The notes: generated by a model not told the origin, from the sequence alone. Numbered from the stretch's first letter, positions 16,027 through 30,339 are shown. The stretch is 64,000 bases of DNA from the human T2T-CHM13v2.0 reference genome, Homo sapiens (GCF_009914755.1 NC_060941.1), one strand, 5' to 3'. Made by a program: numbers and translations.

Positions 16027-16320
16027 GGGAGGACGCATTGGCTCGTGGCTGTAATCCCAGCACTTTGGGAGGCTGAGGCAGGCAGATCACTTGAGCTTAG
16101 GAGTTCAAGGCCAGCCTAGGCAACACAGTGAAACACTGTCTCTATGAAAAATACAAAAATTAGACAGGCATGGTGATGTTTGACTTTAATCCCAGCTATT
16201 TGGGAGGCTGAAGTACAAGAATCACTTGAGTCCGGGAGGCAGAGGTTTTAGTGAGCTGAGATTGTGCCACTGCACTGCAGCCTGCGTGACAGAGTGAGAC
16301 TCTGTCTCAAAACAACCAAC
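16027..16320 (+). mobile_element. Old Alu (AluJ/early AluS-like) inserted in L1
   Basis: Dimer structure with degenerate A/C tail; L1 resumes at aagatcatatcatctgc. Confidence 0.9.
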
Positions 16321-17212
16321 AAACCAAAGATCATATCATCTGCAAACAAGGATAATTTGACTTCTTCCTTTCCAATTTGGATGCCCTTTATATCTTTCTC
16401 TTGCCTGATTGCTCTTGCTAGGAATTCCAGTAATATGTTGAGTAAAAACATTGAGTACTAACATATTACTCAACATATTACTGAAAAGTGGGCATTCTTG
16501 TTATGTTCCAGTTCTTGGAGGAAGGGCTTTCAGATTTTCCCCATTCAGTATGATACTAGATGTGGGTCTGTCATATATAGCTTTTATTATGGTGAGGTAC
16601 GTTCTTTCTATACCTAGTTTTTTGAGGATTTTTATCATGAAGGAATGTTGAATTTTATAAAATGTTTTTTCAGCATTTTTGGAAATAATCATATTGTTTT
16701 TGTCCTTCATTCTGTTGACATGATGTATTACACTGATTGATTTGGTAGGTTGAACCATCTTTGCATCCCAGGGATAATCTCACTTGGCCATGATGTATGA
16801 TCTTTCTAATATACTGTTGAATTTGGTTTGCTAATATTTTGTTGAGGATTTTTGCATCAATATTCATTAGGGATATCGGCCTGCAGTTGTCTTTCTTTGA
16901 TGTGTCTTTGTCTGGTTTTGGTATCAGGGTAATACTGGCCTCATAGAATGAACTTGGAAGTATTCCCTTCTCCATTTTTTGGAATTATTTGAGTAGGATT
17001 CAGCAGTGAAGCCAATCAGGTTCCAGGCTTTTACTGGGAGACTTTCAACTATGGCTTTTATCTTATTACTTGTTATTTGTCTTTTCAGCCTTTGAATTTC
17101 TTCATGATTCAATGTTGGTAGGTTGTATGTGTTTAGGGATTTTTCCATTTCTCCTAGATTATCCAACTTATTAGCATATAGTTGCTCATAGTAGCTAGTA
17201 ATAATCCTTTGA

Positions 17213-17550
<338 letters not shown>

Positions 17551-18211
17551 TCAGTGGTATCAGTTTTAACGTCTCCTTTTTCATTTCTGATTTTATTCGG
17601 ATTTTCTTTTTTTCTTAGTCTGCCTAGAAGTTTGTCTATTTTGTTTAACTTTTCAAAAATCCAACTTTTTGTTTCATTGATATTTTGTATTGTTTTCATT
17701 TCAATTTCATTTATTTCTGCTCTGTTATTTATTATTTCTTTTCTTCTACTAATTTTAGGGTTGGTTTGCTCTTGCTTTTCTAGTTCTTTAAGATACATGG
17801 TTAGGTTGCTTATTTGAAATTTTTCTTCTTTTTTGATGCAGGCACTTGGAGCCATAAACTTCCCTGTTAGTACTCCTTTTGCTGCTTTTGGGTATGTTGT
17901 GTTTCCATTATCATTTGCTCCAATATTTTTTTCAATTTCCTTCTGAATTTCTTTATTGATCCTCTGGTCATTCAGAAGCAGATTGTTTAATTTCCATGTA
18001 TTTGTTTAGTTTCTGAAATTCCTCTTGTTGTTGATTTCTAGTTTTATTCTATTATGACCAGAGAAGATGCTTGATAGTATTTCAAGTTTTTTGAATGTTT
18101 TAAGACTTGTTTTGTGTCATAACATATGGTCTACCATTGACAATGGTCCAAGTGCTGAGGAAACAAATGTGTATTCTGCAGCCACTGGGTGAAATGTTCT
18201 GTAAATATCTA

Positions 18212-18404
18212 CCATATTTGTCTTTCTGTGCCTAGCTTATTTCATTTAACATGATGACCTCCATCTAAATGTTTGAGGGGGTGGATATCCTAATTACCCT
18301 GATTCGATCATTACACATTGGATGCATGTATCAAAATATCACATACACTCCATAAATACGTGCAATTATTATGTATCAGCAAAAATAATCTTTAAAAAAC
18401 AAAC
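18212..18404. mobile_element. Old L1MA remainder: antisense 18212-18265, then sense 3' end with A-rich tail 18266-18404
   Basis: ctgtgcctagcttatttcatttaacatgatgacctccat joined to taaatgtttgag...cctaattaccctgattcgatcattacacat...aaaaa. Confidence 0.8.
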
Positions 18405-18770
18405 AAACCTACTGTAGAGCATTTCCACAGAGTCCCATATCTCCTCCTTTAGGATGATTTCCCTTGAACACTTCAATGGTTCTTAGAAGGCAAAAGCAGC
18501 AGCTTTGGAAGTGAATAGACACAGATTAAAGTCCTGATTCTACACAGAATTATCTGTGATTCTGGGCAAAGTAATTTACTCTTCTGCCTCCCACAAGCCT
18601 CAGTTTCCTCCCCTGAAAGATTGGGATAAAAACCTACCTCAATACCTCTAGATAGAATGTACACCTACAGAATAACTAAATAAATCCACTCTTTCTTTCT
18701 TCCTTTCCTCTAACATTCAATGGCATGTATAGTGTTTGTCATACAATTTAATTTTCAATTACAGTTTTCT

Positions 18771-19072
18771 TTCTTTCTTTTTTTGAGATAGAGTCTCTCT
18801 CAATCACCCAGGCTGGAGTGCAGTGGCGCGATCTCAGCTTGGATCACTGCAGCCTCTGCCTCCTGGGTTCAAGCAATTCTCCTGCCTCAGCCTCCTGAGT
18901 AGCTGGGAACTACAAGCGTGCGCCACCACACCTGGCTAATTTTTGTACTTTTAGTAGAGAGGGGGTTTCACCACGTTGGTCAGGCTGGTCTCGAACTCAT
19001 GACCTCAGGAGATCCACCCACGCTGGCCTCCCACAGTGCTGGGATTACAGGCGTGAGCCACCGTGCCCGGCC
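18771..19072 (-). mobile_element. Alu (AluSx-like)
   Basis: Full dimer; perfect 15-bp TSD caattacagttttct at 18756-18770 and 19073-19087. Confidence 0.95.
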
Positions 19073-20684
19073 CAATTACAGTTTTCTAATAAGAGACATT
19101 TACATCATGGTAATGCTTTGATGCTATATTTATTTGTAATTTATTGTGTACTAACAGATTATAGCTGCAGCTTATAGATGAAAGCTTAGTATTTCATCAT
19201 GAGTTTCTTCTATGTTCCATCAACAAATCCTGGCAAGTAGCAGCTTCTCCAAGGCCACCTCCTTTGCATGCAACACTCTAGCACATGCTGCATGGTTTAC
19301 AGCTCCCTGAGCTCACCACCTGCTGCCTCTGAGTGTGTGCTCATGATACTCCCTCAGTTTTGAAGCCTGTTTCTCTGCCCACTCTTGCCTCCACTCCACC
19401 TGACTAACATATCCTCCCTTCCTTGGGGAAGCCTTCTCTGACCTCATCCTGTAATGGTTCCCTAAGCCTGTTTCACATGCCAAGTGCTCATACACAGGTG
19501 CTCATGACACTCACACTTAGAAACTCATTTTCCATTTTCCATGCATAGGATAGTAGGTCCACCTCACCTTTACCCTTGTAAGGGGCCTGTGAAACCCAGC
19601 AAATGACTCTGGTTCTTAGCCTTAGGAGATATTGTGGAGATGGCTCACTAAGGGATGAAGATCGGTGATGTCCCTAGACCTCTTCTCTGTATGAGTCACA
19701 TTATCTTACATCCCATTACCCTAAGGGCCCTCCCGGGAGTCCACAGGTTGTGCCAGCAGCAGCCAGCTCCAGCCTTGCTCTGCTGGGTGAAGCTGGGTCA
19801 GTGTCTAACTTAGTGGCCTCCTTGGTTGCTGGAAATGGGAGGAGCCATCGTGCATCAGATGCTTGGACTAACCAAGTGGGGAGCCAGGACTCACTCTGAG
19901 TGGTAGCTTTCTAAATCTGCAAAAACTAGAGTTTCCAGAGCCAGGGACCCTGGTTTAATGTGCTGCTTTGCTGGAGCCCGAGCCTCTGATTTCCCTTGTT
20001 CAGCTGGGCCCATGATAACTTGCCTCAATGATGCGAAGAGAAGGGAACTCAGCAGATCTAATGTGCCTGCTGCTGGAACCTGGCTCCTGCGTGAAACAGG
20101 ATGACATGCCTGTTGTAGCAACTGTCCTCTGAGTTGCAGTTAATAAATCTCTGGCTGAATGGATACGTGGTTGGGATTATACCTCTTGCATTTGGCAAAT
20201 CCATAATGATTCACCCTCCTGACCTGTCACTTTCCCAGTTCTAGTGAGCATTCTTTTCTCTCTGCTATTTGTCTACCTTGAACACATTTCTTTTCATGAA
20301 TTCACCAAAAATGAACTGCAATTTATTTGCCTGCAAATGCAAGCAGCTGTGAGTACCTTGAGGGCAGAGATTCCGTCTACTCATCTTTACACTGGGAAAA
20401 ACAATGGAATAAAAAATATATTGGTGGCCTTAAGTGTGTGTCCAGATAAACTTAGTCTCAAATTCATTCTGTTACCATGACAAGGTAAGATGAGTAGGTG
20501 GATCAATTTTAAAGGTTCTACCATCTGTGCATCTCATTCATATTAACATTTGTTAACAATGAACTAAATGCCACTTTAAAGTAATGACCAACATCTGTAT
20601 AGTGTTTTGCAGTACATCACCACCTTCAATATTATCTCTGTTTTGGGGGCATGGAAACTTATTCAGGAGCCAACTTGCATGGAA

Positions 20685-20890
20685 GCAGCACAGTATACTG
20701 CTTAAGAGGATGCACTTTGAAGTGAGACAGACTGAGGTTTAATTCCAGGCTTCCCCAGCTACATGACATGTGATTTGGGACAAGTTACTTGACTTGATTT
20801 AGCCTTAGTTTCTGCATTTGTAAAATGAGAACGAAGATACATACCTCAAAGCACTTTTGGAAAGATAAGTGAGTTTATGTAAGTACCCAG
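20685..20890 (+). mobile_element. MIR SINE
   Basis: gcagcacagtatactgcttaagag...ggacaagttacttgac...agtttctgcatttgtaaaatg. Confidence 0.7.
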
Positions 20891-23800
20891 AATATAGTTT
20901 GTTCTCTGTGCATGGTAATGGTAATGGTACTCTTGCCACATACCTCCTAGTAAATAGAAGAGCTAGACTAAGGTCTAGGCATTCCAAATTTCATGACTCA
21001 TCTATTGTACCAGTTTAATATTACCTAATAGAACAGTTCCCCATTTTAAATTTCTATTCAAAACCAATTCATGCAATCAAATGATAATATAACAAGGAAT
21101 TCTCATATTTCTATCTTCATTTACAAAGTTAAAATTAATATTCCATCTGTATATTCATTTTGATTGGAATGCAGAGTGCCTGGTGCACAGTGGGTGTTCA
21201 ACTAATGTTTGTTAAATAAAATTCCCTGTGAATTCTCCCCTTGCAAGTGCTAGACTTGGTAACTGATTATAACAGGAGAATATTAACATAATTTTTTTGG
21301 ATTGCCTGAATCAATTCCATTCTTTCTGGCCCACTTTAGGGAAACTGTCAATGACGAAGACCCTAAGGAAACTCATCTGTGGTCCATAAGGAGATGAATC
21401 CCCATGTCTGGGGCATCATGTTCACTGTGGCGCCACCAACTCAGATGACCAGACACAAATGAATTTCTCATGGTACTGTGGTGGAATCAGCTGTTTTGAG
21501 TTAACTACCTAAGTGAATGTTCTATTTTTCCCACTTACTATTCATAGAATTCTTTCTTTTAATAGCTTTTGAAGACCCTGTAAATCTTTTCAAATTTTTG
21601 GGATTAATCCACTTCCACTGTGTTTCCATGGAACTTTGCTTGAACCTTTATTTTAGAACCTATGTAATTCTGATTTGTATTAAAATTCTTTATGCGTATT
21701 TCTGTTCTATTAGATGTTAAGCTCTTGACAATAGACACTTATATAATCTTTGCACAGAGAAACATGCATGATGGGTGGGGCTGGGAAGGAAGGAGACAAC
21801 AAGTGAGAGAGAAATAAATAAAGAGATGCTATATTGTGTCTACTCCAAGTTCAGGTATTATGCCAGATGCTTTATAGCTATCACAGGTAATTCTCATAGA
21901 AGAGAAAGATATTACTTTCTCGGTTTTACCAAAGAGAAAACAGGCATACAGAGGCTAAGCAACTTCCTCCAAGCAATGAAGACAGCAAATGGTGGAGCTA
22001 GAAATAGAGACCAATTCTGTTTAGTTTCAAAATCCCTGTTGCTTCTCCATCTCCATCTCAATGTTTTGCACAAGACAGAGGCTCAGTAAGCATTGAAACA
22101 AGACCTGATAAACTCACTTGCAAATAGGAGGTATGTGATCATAGCTAAGCATAATCAAATCATTTAACAGCTTCAAAGTACTTGAGCAATAGAAGATTGG
22201 TGGCAGCATATGTTTGTCTGAATACCTACATTATGAAAAGGCAATTCAGTTAGATAGAAAGCAAAGACAAAATTAATGAATTAAGCTTCATGTAGAAGCC
22301 TAGCCTTAGTTGCTAGATTTGTGCAAAACAATCATCCTAGCATGCTGTTAATTGTTTTAAAAAATAAATGAACCGGTAGCTATTAATTACGCTTTCATAC
22401 ATCTGAAAAAGAAAAGAAAGGAAAATAAGCACCAAGATCAACACAACCAGTAGAGAGGCTGGTCTGCATTATACAGTGAGGAGTCATAAATCATGTGTGA
22501 GTAAACTTTAGAGACGATCAATATCTTGTTTAACTCTTATGACAACTATATAGCAATAGAGCAATATTGTTTATACAGCTCTTTGTCATCTTAACATTAT
22601 CTCAAATTCGCATAAATTTGTATTCTCCAAAAGACTATACGGTATATATTATTGCCTGCATTTCACTGGAGAGGAAGCAGAGGTTCAAGGGTGTAAGCAA
22701 CTTGCCCAAGGTTGGCCATATTTAATGCAAGAGCAAAGAAGAGAAATGCAGACCGTTAAGGAACTGCTTTTCTTCTAAGAATTTTGATGGTTGTGGTGAG
22801 GTCCATGGAGAAAAGTTGATTACTCCAGTCACATTATCCCTGTCTATGCTGTTCCATCTTTCTTCTCTCTCTATGGCCAATGCAGAGGACCCAGGATGCC
22901 TCACATGTGAATTCAAGAAATGGAAAATTTCGCTTTATGGTTTAACATAAACTTGGGGTGGAGGGGAATGGGGAGAATGCTGGGCTATGAACTTCTTGCA
23001 CTGCCTGAATGTCCTGACAACTTCCTTTGTATGAATGGCCACTGGGGGAAAAAATCAAGGAAACAAAAAATAATATGTTATGGAAACCATGTGGTTGCAG
23101 TTTCACATGATGGGGGTGGGTTTAGGGTTATTTGCTTGCCCCTATCAGTTAGCCACATGTTGAAAAGGAGGAAGGACCACAGACTGCAACAAACTGAATC
23201 AAGACTGGAATGATAATCCCTGACAATCTTTAATTTGCTAAAAACTTATTACATTATCACCCAAGAGGCTGGATACCCCACAGAAACCAGGTTTTGTCCT
23301 GTGTTGAAACTGTTGGCTCAGATGGAGGGATAAAACAAAAAGTTTGTTTGGTTAGAGGTTGAGTGCAGAGACATTTGCTGTAGCTTGGTAATAAACTTGT
23401 CTCCTGCACAATGGACAGTAGAATCGCTGAACAGCTGTTGATTGGTAAATTAGTATAGAGACCCACATGGTATCTGTAGAGGAGAGACAATTTCTTTTCC
23501 CTTGTGTCTTTCAGACAGATGTTTGGTGTTCCTTGTGCTTTCTTTCCTTACCATCTCATTTCTGACCTTTCTTTGTCAACTGTGCATTCAGTGTGGGGTT
23601 ATCATTTACCTACCTGCTGTGCCTCCATCTGCCTTCCAATGCCTGAGCATGCTCAGATTCTGGACATCCAATGCAGTCTGATGAGGATTTGCTTTTCAGA
23701 GTCCTTTTCTCTTTGTACACAACACATCAAATGGCAAATGGTGACTGTGGGACCCACCTCTGCAAAGTCAACAGATGCCAGGTAGGTGTTCGGAAAAAAG

Positions 23801-25153
23801 CTGAATTGAACTAGGCAGGACAGATATTTGCAAATTAAAACAACTGCTTTCCTGCCAGGGTTTTCGTTGGGTCTCGAAAGGCCCATGGAGAGAAGTTAAT
23901 TACACCAGTCACCTTGAATTTCTTGAATATCACAAGAGGGAAAGGTGTGTTTTTAGTTGGTTTCTGGTTCCATTGTGAACAACAAAAATGAGCCTGTTAA
24001 CAGGGCATTATGCTGCCTGCATGCTCCCATGTATAGACAGGGGTGTAAGAACTGGAAAGAAAGCTGCTGGAAGTGCCCCTTCTTCATTCTACCAGTAGAA
24101 AACTGAGGTCAGAGAGGCTACATGCTTGGTTGAAGGTCACATAGCTAATTGTGGTTGAGGTGGATGTGGAGACTACGTCATTTTACCCCTGGGTTGGCAG
24201 GTGTCACCCCACTATATTGTATTAATTTTAATTTCTCTGTATTGGGCTGTAAGACTCCTCCTCCTAGTCAACTAGGGTTCTATTTTTATTTAAAATTTAA
24301 TCATATGATATTTACTAAATAACACCAAAGACATAAAACCATATAAGTATCATGTGTTATATATCTATATATACACTACATATAACATTCAACATCATCA
24401 ATTTCCTTATTCTTTCAACAAATATTTATTTTGGGCCTGTGTGCAAAGCACTGGAATAGAGATTGTCAGAGTTTCAAAGGTAAATATAATAAATCTACAG
24501 TGGGGTGAAAAAGTTGAGAAATTAAAAACTAAAGAGTACAACCCAGGAAATGTAGTAATTGCAGTTTAACCAAAGGCATTTCCATGTCTGTAAGGCAAGA
24601 TACTTGAGGATTTTCAAACATGTGAAATCCTCACTTTAAATAGGGTTTATTGTAAAATCTTAGTTAACTAGAGGGAATTATCTGGGACTCTCAGTTGATC
24701 AGAACTGTTTTTGCTAGTTCTGCTTTGGGAGAAAGAAACCACAAAGAATGCAGGATGGCATCAGGAAAGAGCCTGGGTTCACTTCCAGATTTTCCAGAAG
24801 TTTTAACTTCTCTATGGCTCAGTTTCATTTACTGAAAAAGGCCAATGTGAAGCTTCATTGTGTGGGTGGGAGGATAAAATGTGTGTAAAGTACCCGGCCC
24901 AGAGTCTGACATACAGCCCCTGCTTAGTAAATGCTTATTTTCTTAGATCTCATTTCTAAAAATGCACTTCCTGAGGACCTTCCTGGGCTTGATCCATACT
25001 CAAAGCTGTCTCTGGTGCCATCTACACCATAAGATAAAACAGTGAGGACCAACATTCGAAATGATGGCAGCAAGGCCCCAGGAACTGTAGCCATCTAAAC
25101 ACAATTCTGTTCTCACTAATGTGTTCCGATTACCAAAGAGGAGCAATGGAGTT

Positions 25154-25268
25154 ACACATTTTGGAAGAGCTTTTTAGCCAGAGAAAAGGAAACACATTTT
25201 TGGAAGGGCTTTTTAGCCAGAGAAAAGGAAACACATTTTTGGAAGGGCTTTTGGCCAGAGAAAAGGAA
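25154..25268. repeat. Minisatellite, 3 x 38-39 bp
   Basis: Unit acacatttt(t)ggaag(a/g)gctttt(ta/g)gccagagaaaaggaa starting at 25154, 25192 and 25231. Confidence 0.95.
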
Positions 25269-27094
25269 AAAGTATTTGCCACATAGTCAACCAGAAGATT
25301 TAATGACTCAGAATACAGTGGCTACAAGAATTGTGGGTGACTGAGGTTTTGTTTTATATTAACAGAACAAAGGTGCCTTTGGTGCAGGTCTGTGTTTCTT
25401 GGCATCACTTCCTCCAGGAGGTAAAGGACCCAAGTGCCTTTACTAAAAATAATTTCTCACAGATCTGTCCAGTGCTGACAGAGCTCAGGGCTGACCCCAG
25501 GGAGGCACAAGGTGACCTCTGCATGGCCTTCATCCTCACTCGTGGTGGTCACAGGGCATCAGTGTCCTGGGCAGTTGTAGGAAGGAATAGGTGTGAGTGT
25601 CCACATACTAATGCTTCCAAATGTGTCAAATCTCCCTGCTTTCCAAAAATAGATTTTGTGGGTAGATTGAAGTGAGAGAGAATTCAAAGCACAAGAAAAT
25701 CATGGCATAAAAAAGGCACAGAAAGCAGAGCTATTGATCAGGAGCTTTATTTTATAGAACGGGGCTTGCAGTCTGGAATGAGACAGAGGTTTCTAGTAAA
25801 TAGCAGCAGTGAGACTGGAACCTGGGGGTGCTGATTTTTCATCCAGTGTTTTTGCTGACATCTCTGTGATGACCTGGTCCTTCACCTTCTTTCCTAACGC
25901 CACCCGAGGACCCCTAACATGGAGTTAGATGTTACCGATGGAAAGCATTGTACAGAGTCTGTGTTCCAATCCTGTTCTTTTTTTTTAGAGGCGACCACTG
26001 AGGCCCAGAAAAGGGGAAGTGCCTTGTCTGCGATCTCATGGAAGTTAATGAGAAAGCCTGACCTAGATCACCTGCCCTATCATAGACCCAGTGCCATTTC
26101 TACTGCAGTGTGCAAAGACTTCAAAGAAGGCCAGTGTGCTCCCCTCACCCCCAGGGATTGCAAGTTCAAGTGTCCTGTCTGCACTGTCCTGAGGCCATTC
26201 TAGGCCATTGTGCAGAGAAATCTATATTCTATGGGGTGGGGGAGATAGGGAAGAGATTGAGTCAACAAAACAGATTAGTAGACCTATTACTCCCTAGTCT
26301 TAGTACTTTTTTAGGTAATTTGAGTAAAACTCATGAATCCTAGAGCACTTTAACTTTGGGTTAAATGTAAGTCCACAACAATAGTCACAAAATTGTATTG
26401 CTCTGGGCTTCTCTACCTATAGTTAGGGTGTCTGGAACTCTTCAAATGAGGGAAGTCATTCTCCTAACTTTAATGTAACATCTGTCATTTCATCCTCTTC
26501 CTCTCCAACTCCCTGTAGTCTTGTCCATTGCTAAGCCCGCTTGCATCCATGCAAGGAGCCCTCTACTTTCACACAGACCACCCACAAGGCCTGGAGAGGT
26601 CACAGCAAAGCCAGCTCCCACAGCAATTAGAGACATTGGCATTTTCTTCTATAAACTATAGAATAGGTGTCTTTAAAGATGAGGATAATTGTTCGGGTGA
26701 CCTCCCTAACAATTATTCAGTCATTATTCTCATCTTTAAAGGCCTCCTTTTTACTGCCAGAAGCATCTCATACACACTTAGATTTCTAGCCACAGACCAT
26801 CTGCCAGCTGTTTCTGCCAGAACAGCTGCCCATCAGAAGGAAGATGGACCAAGAGAGCCTTTGCACAGCTCCAGAGTGCATCTCCAGCATCAGAGAGGCA
26901 GGCAGCCTTGTCATGGGTAGCTCCAGCGGTTGGTGGATGACACAGCCAACTTGGACATGAAATAGGCACTGAGGGCATTAAAGCAGCATGACAAAGGATA
27001 TCCAGTTGTCCACACAGTACAGTGTGCTGCTGTTTCTGTGGACTTCCCACGGTCAGGCTTCAAACTCTATCTTGTTCTAAATCATAGCACGCAG

Positions 27095-27136
27095 GCGCAT
27101 GCGCGCGCACGCACGCGTGCACGCACACACGCACAC
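27095..27136. repeat. Alternating purine-pyrimidine (GC/CA) tract, Z-DNA-prone
   Basis: gcgcatgcgcgcgcacgcacgcgtgcacgcacacacgcacac; 42 bp of perfect alternation. Confidence 0.85.
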
Positions 27137-27329
27137 CCCGCCCTCCACTAACTCATGAGGTGACCTGACCTGAGGATCATTGAATCCAGTCGTTCTTAAA
27201 CTTGACTATGCCTACTGACCATCTTGGGGGCATTTAGAAATCACAGACTCCCAGGCCCCACCACCCCTGGCATACTGAATCAGAATTATCAAGAGGTAAA
27301 CCCCTCCACTCCCTTAAAAAGAAAGGAAG

Positions 27330-27630
27330 AGGCCAGGCGCAGTGGCTCACACCTGTAATCCCAGCACTTTGGGAAGCTGAGGCAGGCGGATCACGAGGTC
27401 AGGATTTCGAGACCAGCCTGACCAACATGGTGAAACCCCATCTCTATTAAAAATACAAAAATTAGCCGGGCATGGTGGCATGCGCCTGTAATCCCAGCTA
27501 CTCAGGCTGAGGCAGGAGAATTACTTGAACCTAGGAGGCAGAGGTTGCAGTGAGCGGAGATTGCGCCACTGCACACCTGCCTGGGTGACAGAGCAAGGCT
27601 CCATCTCAAAAAAAAAAAAAAAAAAAAAAA
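27330..27630 (+). mobile_element. Alu (AluSg-like), next to a MER5-like fragment at about 27187-27295
   Basis: ggccaggcgcagtggctcac...gatcacgaggtcagga...poly(A). Confidence 0.93.
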
Positions 27631-28974
27631 GAACGAAATCTATATTTGACAAGAGTAGCTAATCTACCACACATCCACGACTAGCATCTAGGGGCTACTG
27701 ATCACAGTTCAAATATCCACCCCTCCCTGTAGTTTTTATTGAAGAGGACACAGTGGCTCTGGGAGAGGAAGTGACTTGCCTTAAGCAAAGCCCTGACAGA
27801 AATGGGACTACGAGACTAGAAATAAATGCCTTCGCCTCTTTTGTTTTGCTCCTTCGCACAATGCACATGCCCTGTCCCTTAATGATGGCCACAGCTTCCT
27901 TCCTATTTTTCTATATTCATAATACAACACATGGACATTTGGCTGGGCAAGCACATTTATTGATCAAAAATATGTAATCCTCCTTCCTTATAGAAGCTCA
28001 GGTTCCTTCTACGTTATTTAGGTGGGCACCTCAAGGCGCTAGGAAGACCCTAAAGCTTTAGAGATCAGCCTCTGAAAATGTATGAATACTGTTGTGCATG
28101 TGCATCTGTGTCTGTTTCAGGCAAGAAATTCTGTAACTTTCATACATGCCCAATGGCATTTATCTACATCCCTAAAATGGCTAAAACTTCTGGTTTACAA
28201 TATCTCTAATAAGAGGCTACTGGTTTGAAGGAGATGGTTTAGAACACACACAAAAAAAATACAAAAATAATTTTACTTGAGAGATGCAGCTTAAGTTACT
28301 CCTTTTTGGCACATCTAACTGTGCCAGGCATAGTGAAAATGATTGATAAAATGTCAAGATAGAAAACACGATCATAAAAGCTAATGCAGCTTGAGAATTT
28401 TTTTAAATTGGTTTAAAGTTGCATTGTCACTAGTGGGAAACACAAGTATGGCCAACCCAAAAGGCCTCAAGGAAAAGGCAAGAGAAGTCAGAGAAGGCTG
28501 AAGACGCAGACTTGGAGGGATAATAAAACATTTTATCAGGGCAGGACTTGAGAGGAATATAAAGCAGTAAGTTTTAATTAAAGTTATGCTAGTACACTAA
28601 TTTGGGCAACCAAGATTCATAATTAAAATTTTATGCCAACTCTGCGCATCACCAAACATTTTTAATGGCTCCAGGAAGAACATGATGTGGGTACAGGATA
28701 CATTGCAGTGAACATCAAGGGGAGCCAGTCAAATGCACAGGGTGGGGAAACAGTGGGGAGTAGCTAGGAAGTTTTGTCCCACAAACTCTGAAAGCTTTCT
28801 TCTGAAAAATGGGCAGTCATAGCTACTTGGTCAAAGGAGTGTCCAAATGTCTTTTGCAACACAGCAAAGTACCACTTGCTGGTACTTTTCTGCTTTCCCC
28901 AATTCAATATGGTTCTTGGAAGGCATGAATCACTTCTTTCATCTTTTTATCCTCAGTATTTAAGACACTGTCTT

Positions 28975-29420
28975 ATATCAGTTATTTAGTTCCTTAACAA
29001 TGCTGCAAAATAAATAACCATAAACCCCCAGTGGCAGATAACAATTTATTTAGTTTATAAGTCTTTGAGGTTCTGGTGATTTTAGCTGGATTTGCTCATG
29101 TTTCTGTGGTTATCTGTAAGTCATCTAGGCAGCTCTGCTAAACTCACTTTGTTTGCTCATCTATCTGGGGATTTACTGGCTGTTGGCTGATCTAGCATGG
29201 TCTTTGTTGGGATGATGGGGCAACTTGGCTCTCCACCATGAATCTCATCCTCCAACAGACTCCCCTGGGTACAATATCCTAACATTTCCTTGGCCACAGC
29301 AAGTCATGTGGCTAAGTTCAGGGTCAAAAGGAGAGAGTGCTACCAAATTATGTGGCAAAGAGTATGAAAATAGAATACAGTAAATAATTAGGGCCTTTGA
29401 TGAAATAAGTCTCTTACATG
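28975..29420 (-). mobile_element. MLT1-type MaLR LTR
   Basis: tatatcagttatttag...aatgctgc terminus and ttggccacagcaagtcatgtggctaag motif. Confidence 0.6.
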
Positions 29421-29471
29421 ACTAGACTAGGGTAAAGGCTCAATAAAAGTTTGTTGCAAAAACTGAGTATA

Positions 29472-30270
29472 TTATCCAAAGAAGATATACAAATGTCTCA
29501 TAGGCACATAAAAAGAATGGTCACATTAATAATGATCAGGGTAAAGCAAGTTAAACCCACAGTGAGATGCCATTTCATTCCCACTAGGGTGGTTGAAATA
29601 AAAAAGTCAGATGATGACAAGTGTTGATGAGGATGCGGAGAAACTGGAAGCCTCATAGACTGCTTGGAGAAATGTATGTTGGTGCAGCCACTTTAGAAAA
29701 CAGTTTGGAAGTTCCTCAAAAAGTTAAACATAGAGTTACCTTTTGATACAACACTTCCACTCCTAGGTATATGCCCAAGAGAAATAAAAATGTATGTCCA
29801 CACAAATGTTCATAACATCATTAGTCATAATAGCCAAAGGGTGAAAACAACCTGGATGTTCATCAACTGATTAGTAGAAAATAAAATGTAGTAGACTCAT
29901 ATAATGAAATATTATTCAGACACAGAAAGGAATGAAGTACCGGTACATGCTACAACATGAATGAACCTTGAAAACATTACGTTAAATGCAGGAAAACAGA
30001 CACAAACGGCTACGTATGATTCCATTTATGTAAAATGTCTATAATAGGCAATCTATAGAGCTAGAAAGTAGATTAGTGGTTGTCTAAGTCTGGGTGGGTC
30101 AGAGGGAAATGGGGGTGACTTCTAATGCATTTCTTAATGGAGTGATTAAAATGTTTGAAAATTGATCATGGTGGTGGTTGCACAACTCTGTGGATGTACA
30201 AAAAAAACATTAAATTATACACCTGAAATGGAAGAATTTTATGGTGTCTCAATAAACCTTCTATAAAAAA
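29472..30270 (+). mobile_element. L1MB-type 3' fragment
   Basis: End of ORF2 and 3'UTR (aaagaagatatacaaatg...atgctacaacatgaatgaaccttgaaaacatt...gtagattagtggttg...tcaataaa). Confidence 0.85.
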
Positions 30271-30339
30271 ACAAGAACCAAATGAGATAATTCCTTTAAA
30301 GTTACTCAGCACAGTACCTTACAACCTTGGCTAAGTTAA

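Noticed and set aside
25154-25268. CRISPR-like array
   Set aside because: Units are directly adjacent with no unique spacers; eukaryotic context and no cas genes.
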